Assembly (NCBI RefSeq): GCF_963853765.1
Contig: NC_088857.1
Location: forward strand, 17,236,001-17,300,000
Reading direction: 5' to 3'
Length of the DNA: 64,000 bases
Origin: Magallana gigas
Taxonomy: Eukaryota
Shown in pieces: positions 61,101 to 64,000 of this stretch. The notes below the pieces were generated by a model. It searched no databases. It saw only the letters and a list, made by a program, of their open reading frames with translations, and had not been told where the DNA came from. Positions within the stretch are counted from its first letter, which is position 1. Every line of letters begins with the position of its first letter. The translations under genes and the position numbers were made by a program.

Positions 61101-63812
61101 ATACCTTTGATAATGAGATAGGGGACTTACATTATATAATATAGGCTTTTATCCTTAATCTAAGATCGGCTTAAAAGATGAAAAAGAATTTATTTTTTTA
61201 AATGCATATTTCAATATCAAAGTAATTGGGGAGTTAAGGTTCACTAAACAAATTCATCTCTTGCACTCTACCTTGAAATTCCAAAAAAAAAATCTTGTTT
61301 TTTATTACATGTATTATTAATATTTAGATAAACAGGCATTTTAAAGCAATGAAATAAAGAGGAGGAAAGGATTCAAATAAAAAAAAAACCATTTTGTTTT
61401 TACAGAGAATCAGCAGGGCTTTCCTCAATGGCAGTGCATTGGAGCCCATTGTTCAGTATGGCCTGACTTATCCAGAAGGAATAGCTGTTGACTGGGTGGC
61501 TAAAAATATCTATTGGATTGATACAGGCATGAAACGACGGATTGAGGTGGCTCGACTAGACGGGTCCTCTCGACGAGTGATCATATGGAAAGATCTGGAG
61601 TCACCAAGGGCTTTAGCTGTCAATCCTCCTGATGGGTAGGTTACTATATAGCCATTTTATCACAGATGACAGTTGGTTAAGTTTAACTAGAACTTGAACT
61701 AACATCTTCAGTGAATAATCAAACAAAGTCATTTGCCACCTATAATAACTTACCAATGAAATTCTGTTCCCATGAACCTGTGAAATTTTGGCAATAATTG
61801 AATATTGGCAACCACATATTAAATGTTTTTAGAAAACAACATTTATTTATCAAATATGCAGTACATGTATTTTTAACTTAAGCCATTTTTCTCATGGTCA
61901 TTACAGTTAACTAAACCAAATATCACATATTTACCCGATTTGTTGGGTAGAATTAAAATTTCACCTAATTTTATTTTTATTTGCTTAATTTGTTTGCAGC
62001 TACATCTACTGGACAGACTGGTCTACACAGAAACTAGAGAGGGCAGCTTTGGATGGAACCATGAGGGAAACCATTAGGAGAGAGATTGGACAAGTCCATG
62101 GCTTGACCATTGATTATGGAGAGAAGAGACTGTACTGGACCAGTTTAGACCAGAAAGTCATTGCCTCTTCAGATCTGAACGGTATTTAGAATACTGAATT
62201 TCAATACAAGCATATCTGCTATTAAACTTATACTTTTTTCCCCTTCAGACTAAATATTTGAATAATTGTGGTTGTTGAAATGGCAAAAAAGTATGATTTG
62301 TTGTTATTTGGTAAACCAATGATGGATTGTTAAATTATGCAGTGTATATGATTGTGAACTTAACATTTTTTCTGTGTTTCCAGGACAGGACATGGTACGT
62401 GTGATTACAGACCAGGTCCCCCAGCCCATGGGTCTGACCCTGTACCATGACTTCATATTTTGGGCAGACTGGCAGAGACAGACCATTGAGCGGGCCAACA
62501 AGTCCTCGGGAACCAACCGGACCACCATACAGAGCAGTATAGACAATGTCCGAGATATCCTGGTCTTCCACTCCTCCAGACAGTCTGGTTAGTAGCAGCC
62601 ATTACATCAGCAATCCTCATATATTTGATCATTTTGATGTGCATTTTCTTTTTCTTTTTTTGACATCCATCAATAAAGCTAGTACAAGACTTAAGTGGGT
62701 GGAACATTGACTCAGTTTTATGAATCATGTTAGTTTCTCAATTATAGAAATAAAATACACATATTTGATTCTGTGGAGTTAACTTATAAATCTTGTTGAT
62801 ATATCCAGTTTATATGTACATGTGGTTGATAGTTGTGCTTGTATATTTGTAGGGATTAACAGCTGTAAGGACAACAATGGGGAATGCTCACACCTGTGTC
62901 TGGCCCACCCTGTCAACCACTCCTCTGGAACCACTCATCACTGCGCGTGTCCCACACACTTTCGGCTCAACGTGGATAATAAGACATGCTCAGGTAAACC
63001 CAGGTGTATGCAGAAGTTTTTGAATAGGTGTGAATAAGAGGGTCGGCAAATTAAAAGGCACTGATCTACAAAAGAGTCAAGAAAGCCGATTTGATTAGTG
63101 CGAAAGTACATAAGTAAAGCTTCTTTCAAAGAATTTTTCAAAAAGTTGTCAACAATGTACTTTGATTGAAAGTATCATATCAACTATCATTCACGTATTT
63201 GAACATAATCCACTGATTTTTTGTTAGCTCCCAAGACATTCCTGTTGTTCAGTCAGAAGAACACCATCAGTCGTCTGGTGATCAACAACGACGATTTCGA
63301 CCCGGACACTCCAGAGGTCGTCCTGCCCATCCCACAGCTGAAGAACATCAAAGCCCTCAGTTACGACCCAGTCGAACACTTTCTTTATTGGATCGAAGGC
63401 AAAAACATGGTCATCAAGAAAGCTGCAGCTAATGGGACTCTGGTAAGTAGCTTGTCAATCAAATTTATCACCTACCTATAAACTTGTCATAAATCAAATT
63501 TTGTGTAGCTAGAAAAGGGTCAAGATTTTTAGCTTCTTGTAGAAATATTTGACTTTATTTATTTGTATGAGTTGAAGTGTGTCATTTCTTAATATTTCCT
63601 GTTTTTACCTAGGTATCCACTGTTGTGACCAATCAGAATGGAGAGCACCGACCTTTCGACATTGCTGTTGACCCTTACTCCCGTGTTCTTTACTGGACTT
63701 GTGCCAAGAAGAACACCATCAACATCACAGGACTGAATGGCACTCCAGTAGGGGTCATCGTAGAGGGGGATCATTATGTACCAAGATACATTGTGCTCAA
63801 TCCTTTGGGAGG
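43660..63812 (+). CDS. LRP6: Low-density lipoprotein receptor-related protein 5/6 (Wnt co-receptor, arrow ortholog), 5' part; gene continues past the window
   Basis: Exons 43660-43705 (signal peptide [15 protein letters not shown]), 47484-47874, 50955-51361, 51708-51842, 52258-52458, 56135-56330, 56736-56998, 57540-57680, 60626-60918 (GC donor), 61406-61635, 62000-62181, 62384-62587, 62853-62993, 63228-63442, 63613-63812; all phases consistent. YWTD beta-propellers alternate with EGF modules. [41 protein letters not shown] and [10 protein letters not shown] match LRP5/6. The symbol denotes the invertebrate LRP5/6 ortholog. Confidence 0.96.
52661..55118 (+). mobile_element. Non-autonomous Helentron (HINE/DINE-1-like) carrying a central satellite array, in LRP5/6 intron 5
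   Basis: 5' subTIR/IR ttttagctcacctgag...gtgagcta, a (GTCT/GTCC)n microsatellite, central tandem repeats, 3' subTIR ctcaggtgagc and a terminal hairpin ggcccatgggcc; T-rich insertion site. Confidence 0.9.
52927..54780 (+). repeat. ~166-bp satellite array (11 full units plus a partial unit), Cg170-like
   Basis: Period ~166 bp; unit aaaatcttcttctc...ccaggaaagctgaaacttgtgtggaagcatcctcaggtagtgtagattc...gggtagggtggggccacaatgggggg. The Cg170 assignment is from recollection of the oyster satellite and was not database-verified. Confidence 0.9.
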
Positions 63813-64000
63813 GTATGTAAAAGTTGTTGGGGGACGGGGGGTTTGGTGGGCTTACAAAAACAATTACTTTAAGTAATTTGATATTTCATGAAGTTTTTGG
63901 TTGATTGGTGAAAATAATGTTTAAAGCAATTTGTTATGACCTTTTTTTAAAACTAAATAAACAACATGATGTCATTGTATAAAGTGACCTTCTTTGCTCA

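Overview
AT-rich, intron-rich animal genomic DNA, most likely an oyster (Crassostrea/Magallana). This is inferred from a Helentron-type HINE element carrying a ~166-bp Cg170-like satellite. Four protein-coding genes could be assembled exon by exon with consistent splice phases: ANKRD49 (+, 4 exons, 303 aa); VPS18 (-, 29 coding exons, 978 aa, one GC-AG intron); a 6-Cys tetraspanin (+, 8 exons, 251 aa); and the 5' part of LRP5/6 (+, 15 exons in the window, running off the right edge, one GC-AG intron). The left 13 kb has no recognisable CDS, only a chain of exon-like segments on the minus strand. Introns and intergenic DNA are dense with non-autonomous transposons: TA-, TTAA-, 8-bp- and 9-bp-TSD MITEs, a 1.5-kb foldback element with asymmetric internal VNTRs, palindromic elements without TSDs, an RTE LINE 3' fragment, HINEs and minisatellites. 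Most ORF-track entries are spurious or partial exons. I did not find a clearly novel multi-gene system. The best leads are splice-acceptor duplications in VPS18, a uORF-loaded LRP5/6 leader, the foldback element and the unannotated minus-strand spliced transcript. All coordinates were counted by hand and no database searches were run.
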